The notes under the pieces: model-generated
Told to the model about the DNA's origin: nothing
What the model saw: the letters and a program-made list of their open reading frames with translations, nothing else
Database searches by the model: none
Source of the DNA: Lytechinus pictus
Lineage: Eukaryota
NCBI RefSeq assembly: GCF_037042905.1
Contig: NC_087250.1
Coordinates: forward strand, 14,014,001-14,078,000
DNA length: 64,000 bases
Reading direction: 5' to 3'
Made by a program: the position numbers and the translations under genes
In this document: positions 1 to 14,107 of the stretch, piece by piece
How the letters are laid out: each line of letters begins with the position of its first letter
Numbering within the stretch: the stretch's first letter is position 1

Positions 1-1144
1 ATTTTATTAGCATTGCGATAATTTTGAGTTAATGAAACTGCAGACCTGCAATATTCATCCAGATGCAGAGGTAAGCGTGGTCCGTGCTCCCGCCGTGCTC
101 CGCCTCCAGCTCCAGCCTGCCAGTGCCAGCCAAATGTCGGCAGAGCCAGAGCGGGCAGGCTAGGCAGCTGCACGCTGCGGCTACCGCGTGACCGGCGTGC
201 TTCCGCATGCAATTAATTTTCCTTGTTTTGGATAATTTTAACGAAATTATGAAACTAAAGGAATTGCAAGGAAAATGGAAAAAGTTAAAATAAGGGATTT
301 TCAATTTCAAGGAAATGAGAGTAGAATTCAAGGAAAATTAAAATGAGAATTGGTTATTGGATTTGTACTAATAATATATTTTACTTTAACTGCTAGCTGC
401 AATTATAATATTGGGCATGGGGCACTCACACGTATTGCGAGGTTAGTATTAGTATACTAACCTCGCACCACGAACCGCGTTTGGCAGTGGATTTCTAACT
501 AGTGGGTCGCGCGTGCTGGGATCTCACTTCTTGGGTCCACAACACACGACTTCTCTATGGCTTGAATTTTCTGTGCGCGGCGGCATGTAATGAACCCTTG
601 GGTGGGCCTGGGGGGACGAAATGCAGCAAAAAATGCGAGCGCTAATGCAGTTTCGCACCGGCCGATGTCCAGCATACTTCATCGCAAAAAATTGTTCACA
701 AATGTCATATGAGTTATGACAAGTCTCTCAGCTCAGACCTCAGTTATATTTCGAGGTCAATATACCCACTCATTTAATGAACCACTTGTCTACTGCAACC
801 ATCCTGCCTGTGGAGTGTGGGGAATCTACAGGTAGGACTAAGGTATGCCAATGCTGTACAGAGTCAGAGCACACACTTTGAAAAATCAATAAGATATCAC
901 TTTTGTGACCAAAATTACTAATACTAATTTCCTTACAGTTGCAAGTTATTTTTCATTAGTAACTTGGGAATAATTTTTGTATTCACCAGAGCGCTCAAAA
1001 ACTTGAATTTTGGGCATATTTTTGTGTACGCCCTCTATTGGTAAAAAGTATTTATGGCAAGAAAATTTTCATTTTTCTATCTCTATTTTAAATTAAGAAA
1101 AAAAAAATTTAAAGAATCAAATTTACTGAAGAGCCAAGTTGTAT

Positions 1145-2015
1145 GGCTTATTATAATCACTCGGGTCGCGTTCGCGTTCGAAATCAATCGGGTCGCGTTG
1201 AAATCACTCGGGTTTTGGATTCATGGCGATTTTTTTTATTTGGATGCGATTTTTTTTTACGGTGTCTTCAATGGGACAAACACGCTGGGAAAATAAAATG
1301 AAATTGAAATTCTAGTTTCGTTTTAAGCCGGCAAGTGCCTCAAATAAAATGCACTCGCCTACTGCTTAACATAACAAACAAGCAAATCAGCCATGTGGCT
1401 CAACTATCCTAGAATACATCCAGACTTCTACTGTTTTTATACGAGGACTCCGAGTCGGAACTTGCCATATCTGCCACATCGATATCACATCGTCATTCTC
1501 ATGTGCGGACATGCATGCCTGCATGCAATGCCTGCATGCAATGGCCCCAAGGCGGGACCCGGCCACGGTCGGACACGGCGTGCATCGGTAGCATGGAGCA
1601 AGGTAACGTGAGTCGAGCCGAGTTAGATCCCACGTTACAGTGCCAGTCAGTCCGCAGCTCGTCCGAAAGTATTTAATACAGCGGTATGCATAGCCAGCCA
1701 TCCGTGGTTTAATGCATATATACGTAATTAAACCAAAATCTTCGGTCTCTGTAATGTTCGTTGTTCCGCTGAACTCCGTTAGCTCCACTCACCAATACAG
1801 AGACCGAAGTTCTAGCTCGATCTGTACAGGGACTCAATGGCCATATGTTTATGCATTAAGTTCCAATAAAACGGGGAAGTGAAGTTGCGCGACAGCCGAA
1901 GCAATTAGTTACTGTTGTTTCCCCTTTTAAGTTTATTTTCCCTTTTTTGGTGCATTTTAGGACAAAACGGAATAATAATCTTTATTTGATACAGTTCTTT
2001 TCATATATTTTTATT
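1145..2015 (+). mobile_element. Solo left arm of the long-TIR (Mutator/foldback-like) family also present at 39331-53104
   Basis: Starts GGCTTATTATAA, colinear with 39331-39433 + 40598-41074 + 47591-47890, and reverse-complementary to 52557-53104. Lacks the insertions seen in the 39-kb copy. Confidence 0.8.
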
Positions 2016-2402
2016 ATAATAAGCCGACCTAATTTAGAAACATGAATGCAGTCGCACAGCACTGAGTCTGGTTGGACTAGATCTATACTTTCTGACAAAT
2101 AGATCTACATCTTGTGCATGAGATTATGAAATTATGTTGTTAAAATCAAATGAAATAAGATTCAGAAATTTAAAGATGCAGATTTTTTTTTTTTTTTTTT
2201 TTTCTTTTTTTGGGGGGGGGGGGGCAGACATGTGGAAAAATTTAGAGAAACCTGAAATTCATAAAGCGAGGGCCAGAAGCGACCAATATTACCTAGTGCC
2301 GTTTTTTGCATTTTCTAAAGTAAAATTGAAGGATTTCATGCAATTCCTTTTTTTTAAATGAAATTTTTCTCATTTCAGCTCCCACCCAAACCCCTCCCCC
2401 TA

Positions 2403-2684
2403 CACTTAGAAAATTTATCCTTAGAATAAAAGAAGTTCTTGCAGCAGAGTCTCGAGAACACCTGTAATCTTACCAGATTGCGTAATCTTACATTATATCA
2501 TGTAAAATTACAGGAAATTGGTATTTAGTGTATGGAACCTTACAAATGTCCTAAATAAAACACAATTTTCCCCTTTTTAAATTGTAGAAAAATTCCTGTT
2601 TTATGAATTTACAGAATGATTCTGTTATTGCTTTCTGCAAAATCTTGATTTTTTTCCTGTAAAATCAGGGTTTTTTTAACGGTG
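2403..2684. mobile_element. Small degenerate MITE with CAC...GTG ends (CMC/EnSpm-like)
   Basis: TA-CACTTAGAAA ... TTTTTTAACGGTG-TA, with internal short ttacag/ctgtaa subrepeats. Confidence 0.35.
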
Positions 2685-2751
2685 TACATACGGCCATGAA
2701 AAAGATCACTTCTTATTACTAGTATTGTTCTCTCTTTTCTTTCACAAACAG

Positions 2752-3955
2752 GTTGAGTTTGAAGAACAAGAAAAACAGTAGAGGCCTACCTATGGTTAAA
2801 GATGATGATCATAAGTGCATGCATCATTTTGCAGATTCTCATCCAGGTATAAAAGTTAAACTAACCCATACAAAATTACAGATACATTACATGTATTGAA
2901 TGTTAACCATGTTTACATTAAATAAAAATAACCTGAGCCACTAAGAGGTAGGATCTATACTGAAAATACAGTTCTTATATATACAGGCTCTCGAGTCTAA
3001 AAAAGAACCAATGCCAAAAGTTATATATCTTGGGCAAATTTATTAAATAAGGTCATGTCCGTGATCTACTAGTATTTAAATTGCCTTTTTATTTCCTGTT
3101 TGTTTATAAACAAAGCAATATTTATTTTTAATGTTTCATATTTTATAAAATTCATTTTAATCACTTTTTAGTGTGATATCCATATTTCATATTTGTAGAT
3201 TTACGATTTTTTTAAAAATCTTGTTATTATTTTACATTTTGTCCAATAGGATGGTGCAGTTTTACAATTTCCATGGAGGTGATTGATAATGATAAATAAT
3301 TGGTGAAGTAGGCCTAATAGAACAGTGTCTGGACCACAAAGAGAAATACAACCTACAGCAGTTATATGAGTGAGTTAATTAGTGATTATTTTTAATGATG
3401 GGGGGTTTGTCACATTTTTTAGGCAACAAATCAACCTGCCTTTGAAAATCCCATTTCAAATTTGTTTTTAGATTATAGTTAGTGTCGTTTTTATTCGCAG
3501 ATCAATATATTCTGTGCAACAAAACATATCAACTTTAATTCTGACTATTATATATAATTTATATATGTTACTTTGTATATTTATGAGAAATCTCTGACAT
3601 TTTTTTTATATAGAGTACATATAGTTATAATGGAGAGTGGTATGTAAACTGTATTGATATGCTTTATAGAAGTACAAGTTTATAATTAGTAGAAGTAAGA
3701 TTTCCTATGTTATGTGTTGAAGAAATATATCTATGTATAGTCTCACTTTTCTTAAAACATTTATGAATTACAAATCATGACAATTTTAATTTAAATTCAT
3801 TGATTTTCTTTCTCTATTTTTTTTTTCAATCTGCAGGACTGGTGTAACAAATGCTTTCATTCAAGAAATCCAACAATTCAAAATTGAAAAATCTGACTTA
3901 GGAAGCACTTGATGAAAATGGAAAAGGTTTTTTTTTTCAAGTCCATTAAAAAAAA
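2752..3955 (+). other. Three putative spliced exons (2752-2846, 3250-3369, 3837-~3955), probably non-coding
   Basis: Polypyrimidine acceptors (TCTCTTTTCTTTCACAAACAG, TTTTGTCCAATAG, TTTTTTCAATCTGCAG), donors CAG|GTATAA and GA|GTGAGT, ATTAAA near 3946. The spliced product has only a short ORF. Confidence 0.35.
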
Positions 3956-4104
3956 AATATTATCACAACCCCAAATTCATGACGTATGAAATTTCTTGTT
4001 GATTTTCATTAAAACTTGTTGCAAAAGGAGAAGCTATAAACATACAAATAGGAGCGGCGGAGCAAAGTTGAAAGGGGGGGGGGGGGCGGGGGGGGGGGGG
4101 GAGG

Positions 4105-7100
4105 TGTTGCACCCACAAATGTAATAACGCCCACAAATGTAATAACACTTTACCCACAAATGTAATAACGCCCACAAATGTAATAACACTTTACCCACAA
4201 ATGTTATAATTTCTCCCACAAATGTAATAATGCACTTTACCCACAAATGTAATAATTTTTGATCACCCACAAATGTAATAATGATTTTACCCACAAATGT
4301 AATAAATTTGAAGGGATTTTTGGCGAATCCGTTCTAAACTAAAATCCTATAGTAATGCGTTCATATAGCCATGGACCTATTGTAATAGGTCCATGATATA
4401 GCACAAAAGTGCAAAGTCTTTTTTCCAGACCCGGTTAATTAAAAAATTATAATATAAGTCCAAAGTCTTTTTTCCAGACCCGGTTGTCAAAAAATTATAA
4501 TATAAGTCCAAAGTCTTTTTCCAGACCCGGTTGTTTCAAAAATTATAATACAAGTCCAAAGTCTTTTTTCCAGACCCGGTTATTTAAATAATTATAATAT
4601 AAGTCCAAACTAAGATACCATAATGATATTCCAGTGGAATAAAAGTGAATATCGAGCTTAGTCTTTTCTCCAAACCCTGTTGTTCCAAAATTATAAATAG
4701 CAATACAACAACAAAAAACAGTATAAAGACCCCATAATCTTATTAATGCTGGATAACATGGACATATAGCGAAGTCTTTCAGCCAGACCCAGTTATTTTT
4801 TTTCAAAATAACGCAAATAGTTATAATAAAAAACTACAAATCTAAGACCAAACATTCCTTCAACCTAAGAACCTGTTTTAAAAAGAGTTTAAGAGCGTTG
4901 TCTTTATTCCAGACCTAATCATAAAAAAAATTACCAAAACAAATCTTCTAACGTAAGACCCCATCATATTCTTATTCTCGTTGAATAACACAAGGTTTAA
5001 AACGTACTCTTTCCTCCAGACCCGGTTATTCAAAAAATGAATTTAATTTTTTTTTTCAAATCTAAGACCAATCTTCAAAAGTTACACCCAGTAAAAAATA
5101 TGTCTTTACCCCACACCCATTAAAAAAAAATAATACTAAGACCCCTACAAACCATTGTGATAATGCATGGGTAAAGCAAACATCTTTTCTCCAGACTTGG
5201 TTATTATTTGAAAAAAAATAAAATAGTTTTTACAAATATTCTAAAACGAATACCCAATAATCTAATTACTGTGGAATAACATGAAGATCGATTGTAGACT
5301 TTCTTCCAGACACAGTTATTTTAAGAATAAAAAAACAATAAATCCCAACCCCCAACAACGATCCCAAGAACCAACAATCCTCCAAATTAAGACCATGTAG
5401 AAAAGCACATGTTTAGAGCGTTGTCTTTATTCCAGACCCAGTCATTAAAAAATAATTTAAACAATCTTAAAAACATAAAACTTTGTCATATTCTTATTCA
5501 TGTGGAATAACACGGGTATTATGCTTAGTCATTCGTCTAGACCCGGGTATTTAAAAGATAAACAAATATTGAAAACAAATCAAAGCTAAGACCAATCTTC
5601 AAATTTAAACCCAATTAAATGCTTGGGTTTAGAGTGTTGTCTTTACCCCACACCCAGTTCTCTTAAAAAACAAACAAATTAAGCGAAACATTAATCTTAA
5701 AACTTAGACCCCAGCATCTTCCAAACTATAAAAACCATGTGATAACGCATACCACAGAGATGACAAATTAATCATAGGCGTAAATATTCATATGATACGC
5801 ACCTTAAAACCTAAGATAACAACAACAACGTTATTCTACATCAATGATATTGTGGGGTCTTTGCTGATACTGTTTGTTTGTTTTTATTGTTTCTTATAAT
5901 TTCCTATTTTGAAATAACTGGGTCTGGAGCAAAGACTACACCATATTTCCATGCTATTCAAAGTTGATAAGATTGCAGGGTCTTTGTTTTGTTGTTGTTG
6001 TGTTTTTGAATGATTTTTTATAACTGGGTCTGGAGGAAAGACTATGCTATATTTACATTTTGTTCAACATTAATAAGATCGTGGGGTATTTTTTTTATTT
6101 TATTGTTTATTATTTTTTATTTGCTATTTGAAATATTTGGGTTTGGAGGAAAGACTACGCTAAACTTCTATGTTATTCAACATTAAGAAGATTTTTTTAA
6201 AATAATTTTGGGATCTTTATTTGGAAGATTGTTTAAATGTTTTATATAACCGGATCTGGAAAAAAAACACTGACTTTGCGCTATATGAACGCATTACTAT
6301 AGGGTTTTAGTTTAGAACATATTCGCCAAAAATCCCTTCAAATTTATAACATTTGTGGGTAAAGTCATTACTACATTTGTGGGCGATCAAAAATTATTAC
6401 ATATGTGGGTAAAGTGCATTATTACATTTGTGGGTAAAGTATTTTCGTTTTTAGTTTTAAGTAACCGGGTCTGGAGAAAAGACTACGCTTGATTCTCAAT
6501 TTACCTTTAGCGCATATATTCACAATACGCACTGTATAAGTTAAAAAAACAACAAAGACATATATTCCACCAGTGTTAAATAACTGGGTCTAATTTTTGA
6601 AGCAACCAGGTCTGGAAAAAGACTTTGGACTTATATTATAATTTTTAAAACAACCGGGTCTGGAAAAAAGGCTTTTACTTATATTATCATTTTTGAATTA
6701 ACAGGGTCTGGAAAAAAGACTTTGCACTTTGTGCTATATGAACGCATTACTATAGCCATAGGGTTAATTAGTTTTTAGTTACCGGGTCTGGAGAAAAGAC
6801 TATGCTTGATTCTTAATTTACTCTTAGCGCATATATTCACAATATGGGCCGTATAAGTTAACACAACAACAAAGACATTTATTCCACCAGTTTTAATTAA
6901 CTGGGTCTGGAGAAAAGACTAAGCTCGATTCTCATTTCCATTCCACTGGAATATCATTATCGTATCTTAGTTTGGACTTATATTGTAATTTTTGAAACAA
7001 CCGGGTCTGGAAAAAAGACTTTGGGCTTATATTATTATTTTTTAAACAACCGGGTCTGGAAAAAAGACTTTGGGCTTATATTATAATTTTTTAAACAACC

Positions 7101-7413
7101 GGGTCTGGAAAAAAGACTTTGGACTTATATTATAATTTTTTAAACAACCGGGTCTGGAAAAAAGACTTTGCACTTTTGTGCTATATGAACGTATTACTAT
7201 AGGATTTCAGTTTAGAACGGATTCGCCAAAAATCCCTTCAAATTTATTTTGTGGGTAAAGTCATTATTACATTTGTGGGCGATCAAAAATTATTATATTT
7301 GTGGGTAAAGTGTTATTACATTTGTGGGCGTTACTACATTTGTGGGTAAAGTGTTATTACATTTGTGGGCGTTATTTCATTTGTGGGCGATTATTACATT
7401 TGTGGGTGTAACA
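4105..7413. mobile_element. Foldback-type non-autonomous element with long modular inverted arms
   Basis: Ends TGTTGCACCCACAAATG / CATTTGTGGGTGTAACA. Outer domain of 18-22 bp CCCACAAATGTAATAA units, inner domain of ~55-60 bp TTCCAGACCCGGTT units. Orientation flips near 5750-5900. No ORF. Confidence 0.8.
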
Positions 7414-7969
7414 CCCCCCCCCCCGGATCGTTGCCCCTGCATACAAAAAACATTTTCTTTCGGTTAAAGGTATTAACATACGCTTAAGAAGAAAGTAAAG
7501 CTAAGTCCTTTGATAATGTGATAGTTTTTCTGGCTAATTAATAAAATTCACCACAAACCAGAGAATGCCTTTATGTCTTTCATTTGTATTCATATAGTAC
7601 TTGTACAGAGCTAAAATGAAAATGGTTGGAATTGGCAAAATTCAAAATGAGATGAAGATCGAGAGAGGGAAAGAGTGATGAGAGGGGGGTTGAAAAGAGA
7701 TGAGAGAGAAGTGGGAGGGGCACACATGAAGATATAATTTAGAGGGGGGGGGGGTAAGAGAGCTAGAATGGTGGGAAGGAGGAACAATGGGGTCGAAGAG
7801 AAATAAGACAAGATTTATGGAAACAGATAACAAGTGGGAAAATAAAAAGGAAATATATGTAGGAGAAAGGCGACACAAGAGAACTCGAGTGGGAAAATGA
7901 TTAAATGGAAAAGCAGTAAGAAATGCTGGAGAATAAAGGGGACAGGAAACGTATTAAACATGTTAAACA

Positions 7970-8360
7970 CTGGGGCCCGCTTCATCATGAGCTACAAGTA
8001 TGGTAACTACGATGGTAACGGCTATAACACTAGCGTACCTGGGGGGGGGGGGGGGGGAGACTGCCCCCCCCTGACGAGTCGCAAGTGATCCCTGACGAGC
8101 CACAAGTGGCCCCTTCCTTTGAACTTCAAGACGAAGACTTTTTTTTCCGTCATTTTTTTTTCTGTTGCGAAATGTCCTTTACTAGCGGTTGGAGACCTTT
8201 TTTTTTTCTTGTCAAATTTTTTGGCGGACGAATTTGCCCCCCCCTTTGAAAAATCCTAGGTACGCCACTGGGCTATAACCAATCATAATCTAGGTTACCA
8301 CGGTAATCACAATAACAGCGATGTTTAAATAGCTGTAATTCATTATGAAACGGACGCCAG
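7970..8360. mobile_element. MITE with CTGGGGCCCG(T/C)TTCAT TIRs, interrupted by a hAT-like MITE
   Basis: Ends CTGGGGCCCGCTTCAT / ATGAAACGGACGCCAG. Related to the element at 39045-39201. Confidence 0.6.
8028..8270. mobile_element. hAT-like MITE
   Basis: Perfect 8-bp TSD GGCTATAA (8020-8027, 8271-8278). Ends CACTAGCGTACCT / AGGTACGCCACTG. Confidence 0.8.
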
Positions 8361-9074
8361 ATGAAGAAAGCATGCACGGGAATCTATATGAAGGGGCCGA
8401 CCCCGGCCTAATTAACGTTATACCTTGATCAAAATATATATATTTTTTTGCTTCTCGAAATTTGTAACAAGGATTTTTTTTTTCAGTAACCATACTCAAC
8501 CAGTGAAAATTACCATCAAATTGTAATAACCATGTTCTGCCCCCCCCCCTCAAAAATGGAGAAAAACTTTGGGTCAGTGCAACAGCCCCCTTTGCTCTTT
8601 CCGCGGCCTCTGCCGGCTATTTAGAGTCGAGATTCTTTACATTTGTTAAACACTAATATTGCTGTATATCTTAACATGTGACATTTTTGGAATGACAAAG
8701 GCACTGGAGACCTCTTTACCTAATCACGACTTGGTCTACTCTTTTCATCTTCCCTTTTAGAATTAGCATGCAAACAATGTTTTGTTTTTAAGTGATATCG
8801 CTTTTGATATCGATACTTTATAGCGCGCAACATATCGTCTCAGATTTGCGCTTGCTGATTCGCTGAATCCTTCGCGTCACGAGCGCGTAACAAAATGAAA
8901 ACATTAATGAATTTGCCAAGTTGACATTTGTCATTGCGCTGATGTGCGTATTGTCTAATACACGTACAAAACCACAGTTGACGAGGGAGCATCGTACGAA
9001 ATCAATATCAATGAGGGCTTATTTTAGCTTCTAATGGATTAAACAAAATGGCGGTAGCTTCGGGGGCCTGGGCG

Positions 9075-10450
9075 AACCCCTTGTACTTTAATGACTATAG
9101 AGACATCTACTATTATGACAAGCTACCCTCATATACTAATATGACTGGCGACCCTCAACTACTATTTTGACTGGCGAACCTATTCTATTATTATGACTAG
9201 CGACCTTTATCTACTATTTTGACTGGCGACCCTCTTCTATTATATAGTGACTGCCGACCCTCTTCTACATTTTATGACTGGCGACCCTCTACTGCAATTA
9301 TGACAAGCGAACCCCTTCTTCTATAATGACTAACGACATCTGTTATTATGACTGGCGACCCTCTTCTATAGACAAGTGACCCTCATCTACTATTATGACT
9401 GGCGACCCTCATCTACTATTATGACCGGCGACCCTCGTCTACAATTATTACAAGCGAACCCCTTCTTCTATTATGACCAGCAACCCTCATCTACTATTAT
9501 ATTTTGGATAAAAAAATTATCCTCCGGTCATTGGCTAAAGAATCTTCACGTGATTATGTGTATTTTCAACTATTTTGGAATGTTGGCAGCTAGGCATACT
9601 ATTTGGGAAAATTACGTCATTTTTGTGACGTCATTTCCCCAAATAATAAAACTATTTGGTGAAATGACGTCACGGCGCCATACGCCTGATGCGCGTGATA
9701 TTAAAATCACCAACATTCAGCGGGGTATACGAGAGCTCGAGTGCTTGCCATGGGCGACTCTCGCGACGTCGCGGCTACGTTTTTCAATGTTTAGACTACA
9801 GTTTATGCTTTGACTTTTTCAGATATTTTCATTGACTATTAAAACTTGGATTTCATTAAAATTTGATATTATTTAAGAAAAGAGCACAAGACCATCAGAG
9901 TGACAAGACAGGATAAAAGGTAAGCCATTATTCTGTTTTTTTCCTTTTGTTTAAAATTTTGATCCTCGGTGCCTCCAATAGTACCATTCACTTCGGGGCT
10001 GCGCCCCTCAGTGAATAGTACTATTCTGGAGTCACCTCTTGCCCATAGTTTTAACCAGAAACTCTCAAGGCAAAGTATATTTGTATACTATGACTGGCAA
10101 ACCCCTTGTAATATAATTACTATAGCGATATCTATACTAGTATTACTGGCGACCCTCTTCTCCTGTTGTGACTGGCGAACCCCCTCTACTATTATGACTA
10201 GCGACCCTTATCTACTATGACTGGCAACCCTGTACTACAATTATGACTGACGACCCTCTTCTACTATTATGAATAGCGACCCTCATGTATTTTTATGAAT
10301 AGCGACCCTCATCTACTATTATGACTGCTGACCCTCATCTACTATTAAGACTGGCGACCCTCTCCTACCGTTGTGACTGGCGAACCCCTTCTACTATTAT
10401 GATTGGCGACCCTCTTCTATTATTATGACTAGCGACCCTAATCTACTATT
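9075..10450 (+). repeat. ~30-bp minisatellite (CTACTATTATGACTGGCGACCCTCTT) interrupted at ~9497-10085
   Basis: Many degenerate tandem units on both sides of an unrelated ~590-bp segment. Confidence 0.85.
9497..10085. mobile_element. Unclassified insertion in the minisatellite (possibly a non-autonomous Crypton-like element)
   Basis: Unrelated sequence splitting the array, with no TIR. Has CATTGGCT...CACGTGA near the left end and a GGGGCTGCGCCCC hairpin near the right end. The family call is a recollection-based inference. Confidence 0.35.
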
Positions 10451-10722
10451 CCCCACTTTTCGCATGTGCACCGCAGACGGACTTTACGACGATATTTTGA
10501 TTTTGGAAGAGACTTTTGGGCCCGTCGTCATGGTCGTAAAACTCTGTCCTGCAATGCAAATTGTGTGACATGAGAATTGTTTTCGTTTCGCATCCGCAAC
10601 AGAAACATTCAATCTGCGTTTCGTGTGCAAAATTCTTGTTGGTACTATGGTAACAGCGATATATCCGATTTAGGACGACTTTACAGAGCCATATTTGGTT
10701 CCTCCCACAGCTCGAGGGGCCG

Positions 10723-11022
10723 CCTGGGGAGGCCACTTCCATTGACGAGTGGATACCAGGCGCGACCACGCTAAAAAAAGGAAAGAGTGGGCACGGTAAG
10801 TAATATAGGCCTATGTATTGTTATAAGGGTGTCAAAAACGATGTTTGAGATACTGAAAAGAGGGATATATTTCCAATACTTATAGGGAATTCACAGGCCA
10901 AATACTTGTTAAGGGATGCATTTTCATAATCTAAAAAAGACTTGCTTCCCTTGTTTAGGGTGCTTTTTGAAATCCCGTGGTCGCGCCTGGTATCCACTCG
11001 TCAATGGAAGTGGTCCCCCGGG
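10723..11022. mobile_element. MITE with ~45-bp TIRs
   Basis: CCACTTCCATTGACGAGTGGATACCAGGCGCGACCACG at the left, and its exact reverse complement at 10976-11013. Confidence 0.8.
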
Positions 11023-12241
11023 AATTTGAATCGTATCCCCATTTCGGGGAAAAGTAAAAGATAATGCCCATCACATTGTGTGCTAGATTGCTTACCGTTT
11101 GTGCAGGAGGAGCACGCAAAAGAAAAGAAAAGCCGCAAATTCGGATGGTTTTCAGACGGATAGGCCTATTGCATATGCTGTGTACATATCAACGCATGCA
11201 AAATGGTTTACCTGGAGATGTTATCTGACCCATGGAATCAATTGCCAGTGATCAACCAATAATCCACATTAGATGCAACATCGATTCGATGGACTGTAAT
11301 GATTTATATCTAAGACTGATTTCAGTAAGTTTTTCCTCACTCAATATGTACTCGATTTGTTTGTCATCCATGTCATAATCTATTGTAGGTCCAGCATTTC
11401 GAATATCTCCAGCCAGCTGCCATAGTAGAGACCGTTGAGACTCGCCTCCGGCAGCTCAGGGGGCATACGCTGATGACCAGTCTTACATGCATGAAAGCGG
11501 CGCGGGATTTATAATCTCGCAGCATGGTGCGGGTGTCGCGTGAAATAATTTTGCACACGGAAAGCTTGCAATGATTGTAATACTGTGTGCTCACTGAAGT
11601 ATTAGACATCGGAATTTTCATAAAAATTAAACCAAATGAACTATACAAGAAGGTTTGTGACAGATATCCATACTTAGTAATTTCATTTTTCCAATAACGT
11701 AAAAGAGAGCTATCCACCTTCCACATGTTCATTCAAGCATGGATGTTAATTAAACACCTTTGAATCATTGAAGTATTATTATTGGTCAAGAAAATAACAG
11801 AAAACACTGGATAAGATAATTTCAGTTCCAAAAATGAAACAATACTTGCCGTTGATATCTTAAAATCGCATTTTTTTTCTCATTAAGTGTTTGTTAAACC
11901 GTGAAATGATGTATATTTTTTAACATACTCTTCACAGTAACTGTCGTATTCGATCATTTTTATCGAAATAAATGTGTAAAAAATCCAGCATATTTTGACT
12001 TGTGTTTATTCAACCGTGGAATTAAGCAAAAAAGTTGCATCATCTTTCAGAAAGTACATTTTACAAGCCTTCTGGCGATATTTCATCATGAGAATGTGGA
12101 ATTCTCTCCTATAAAATGGAATAACAGTCATGGTATTTGGCTTGTGACTTTTAAAAAATGACAATGATGCCTTCTGGCGGTGCTCACTGAAGCATGATCT
12201 AATATACGTCCATAACATTCACTCAGATGGTAGCTATAGAA

Positions 12242-12833
12242 CGCATACATTCGTAATTCCGAAGCTTCGTTATTCCGAAGGTTCGGATATTCCGAAGGTT
12301 CGTTATTCCGAAGGTTCGTATTTCCGAAGGTTCGTAATTCCGAAGGTTCGTTCATCCGAAAACGAAATAAGGTTCGTTGTTCCGAAGGTTCGTTAGTCCG
12401 AAAACGAAGTGAGGTTCGTAATTCCGAAGGTTCGTTAATCCGAAAACGAAATGAGGTTCGAAATTCCGAAGGTTCGTTAGTCCGAAAACTAAATGATTAA
12501 CGAACGTCATTTCGTATTCGGACTAACGAACCTTCGGAACAACGAACCTTATTTCGTTTTCGGATTAACGAACCTTCGGAAAAACGAACCTTATTTCCTT
12601 TTCGGATTAACGAGCCTTCGGAACATCGAACCTTATTTCGTTTTCGGATTATCGAACCTTCGGAATAACGAACCTTCGGAATTACGAAGTGTAATGTTCG
12701 GATTAATGAACCCTTTTACGTTTTCGGATTAACGAACATCGAGGTATAGGCAATTTACGTGTTTCGGAATTACGAACCTTCGGAAAAAAGAACCTTCGGA
12801 ATTACGAACCTTCGGAATTACGAAGTGTAACCG
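12242..12833. mobile_element. Palindromic element built from TTCCGAAGGTTCG subunits
   Basis: 15-bp and ~39-bp tandem units invert at ~12500. Right end GAAGTGTAACCG. Flanks CTATAGAA / CTATGAAA resemble a decayed TSD. Right-end fragment also at 61304-61433. Confidence 0.75.
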
Positions 12834-13656
12834 CTATGAAATTAGCTACACTCTCATATAAAAAAAAAAATATCAAAAACTCCCAATGATTCGGAAATTA
12901 TGAGTGTTTGTTTAAGGGGGAGGGGGGGGGGGGGCTTACTTTTTGTTGCGTATAGTTGAGAGTAGATATTGCTTCTCTGGCTCGGTGTAAAAATGGCCGG
13001 GGTAATAATGGCAGAGGTAAAAGTGGCAGAGGTAAAAATGGCAGAGGTAATAATGGCAGAGGTAAAAATGACAGAGGTAATAATGGCAGAGGTAATAATG
13101 GCTGAGGTAAAAATGGCAGAGGTAAAAATGGCAGAGGCAAAAATGGCAGAGGTAAAAATGGCAGAGGTAAAAATGGCAGAGGTAATAATGGCAGAGGTAA
13201 TAATAGCAGAGGTAAAAAGGGCAGAGGTTATAATGTTACAGGTAATAATGGCAGAATTAAAAATGGCAGAGGTGAAAATGGTAGAGTTAATAATGGTAGA
13301 GGTAATAATGAAAGAGGTAAAGATGGCAGAGGTGATAATGGCAGAGGTAAAATGACAGAGGCCATAATGGCATAAGTAAAAATGGCCTTAAACCCCATGC
13401 AATGTTTTTTTTTCAAAAAGCCCCCGCATGTAGGCCCTGCATAGATTAACTAAGAAAGGTTCTAAGAGAATTTAAATAATGGGAAGGGTAACAATTTTTT
13501 AACATAGATATATCGTTTGCACCAAACTGATAACCCTTTGGTTTGAAAATCTTATTTTTTTCTGGACTTACATAGATGGCCTTCTCATGTCAAATCGCTG
13601 TACTAATATTCAAATCTGAAGCACACTTCGGTTCGCAATTGTACTTAATTCATTAA

Positions 13657-14107
13657 AGGGGAAGTTCAACCATACATAAAATTCATTGTAAAAGAGCAGA
13701 TTTTTTTTTAATGATGTTGGTGAGGGTTTTGGGAATCCATCAAAGATTAAAAAAGCTATGATTTTAGATTTTAATAGTGACGTCATTTGCAAGCAGCTTT
13801 CCCATATTGGTGTATAAAAAGTCAATGAAATGTAATTTTCTATAAAAAAAACCATTCAAAATGGTTTTTATTGTAACTTCAGTATATATCAAGGGACAAA
13901 TCATTTAACTTCCGCTCCTGAAATATTTGCTCATTATGATCCATTTTGTTGTGCATAAAATGTCACGGGGCAGCTGCTCGTATATGACGTACACAGACTC
14001 AAAAACTTAAATTTCTAATAACTTTCTTGATCTTTGATGGGTTTTCCTCAAACCTTCACCAATACACTTTCTGCTATTTTTATTGTTCATCAGGGCGAAC
14101 TTTCCCT
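13657..14107. mobile_element. Kolobok-like MITE
   Basis: TTAA-AGGGGAAGTTCAACC ... GGGCGAACTTTCCCT-TTAA. Confidence 0.7.

Noticed and set aside
1024..1042. CTCF-like motif (CCAATAGAGGGCG on the minus strand)
   Set aside because: A single short match with no supporting context, so it cannot be distinguished from chance.
9075..10450. CRISPR-like appearance of ~30-bp repeats
   Set aside because: The units are head-to-tail and degenerate with no unique spacers, there are no cas genes, and the context is eukaryotic.
12969..13355. 128-aa ORF of (VKMAE)n
   Set aside because: Translation of a 15-bp tandem array that forms one arm of a foldback element. The inverted array is at 14985-15712.
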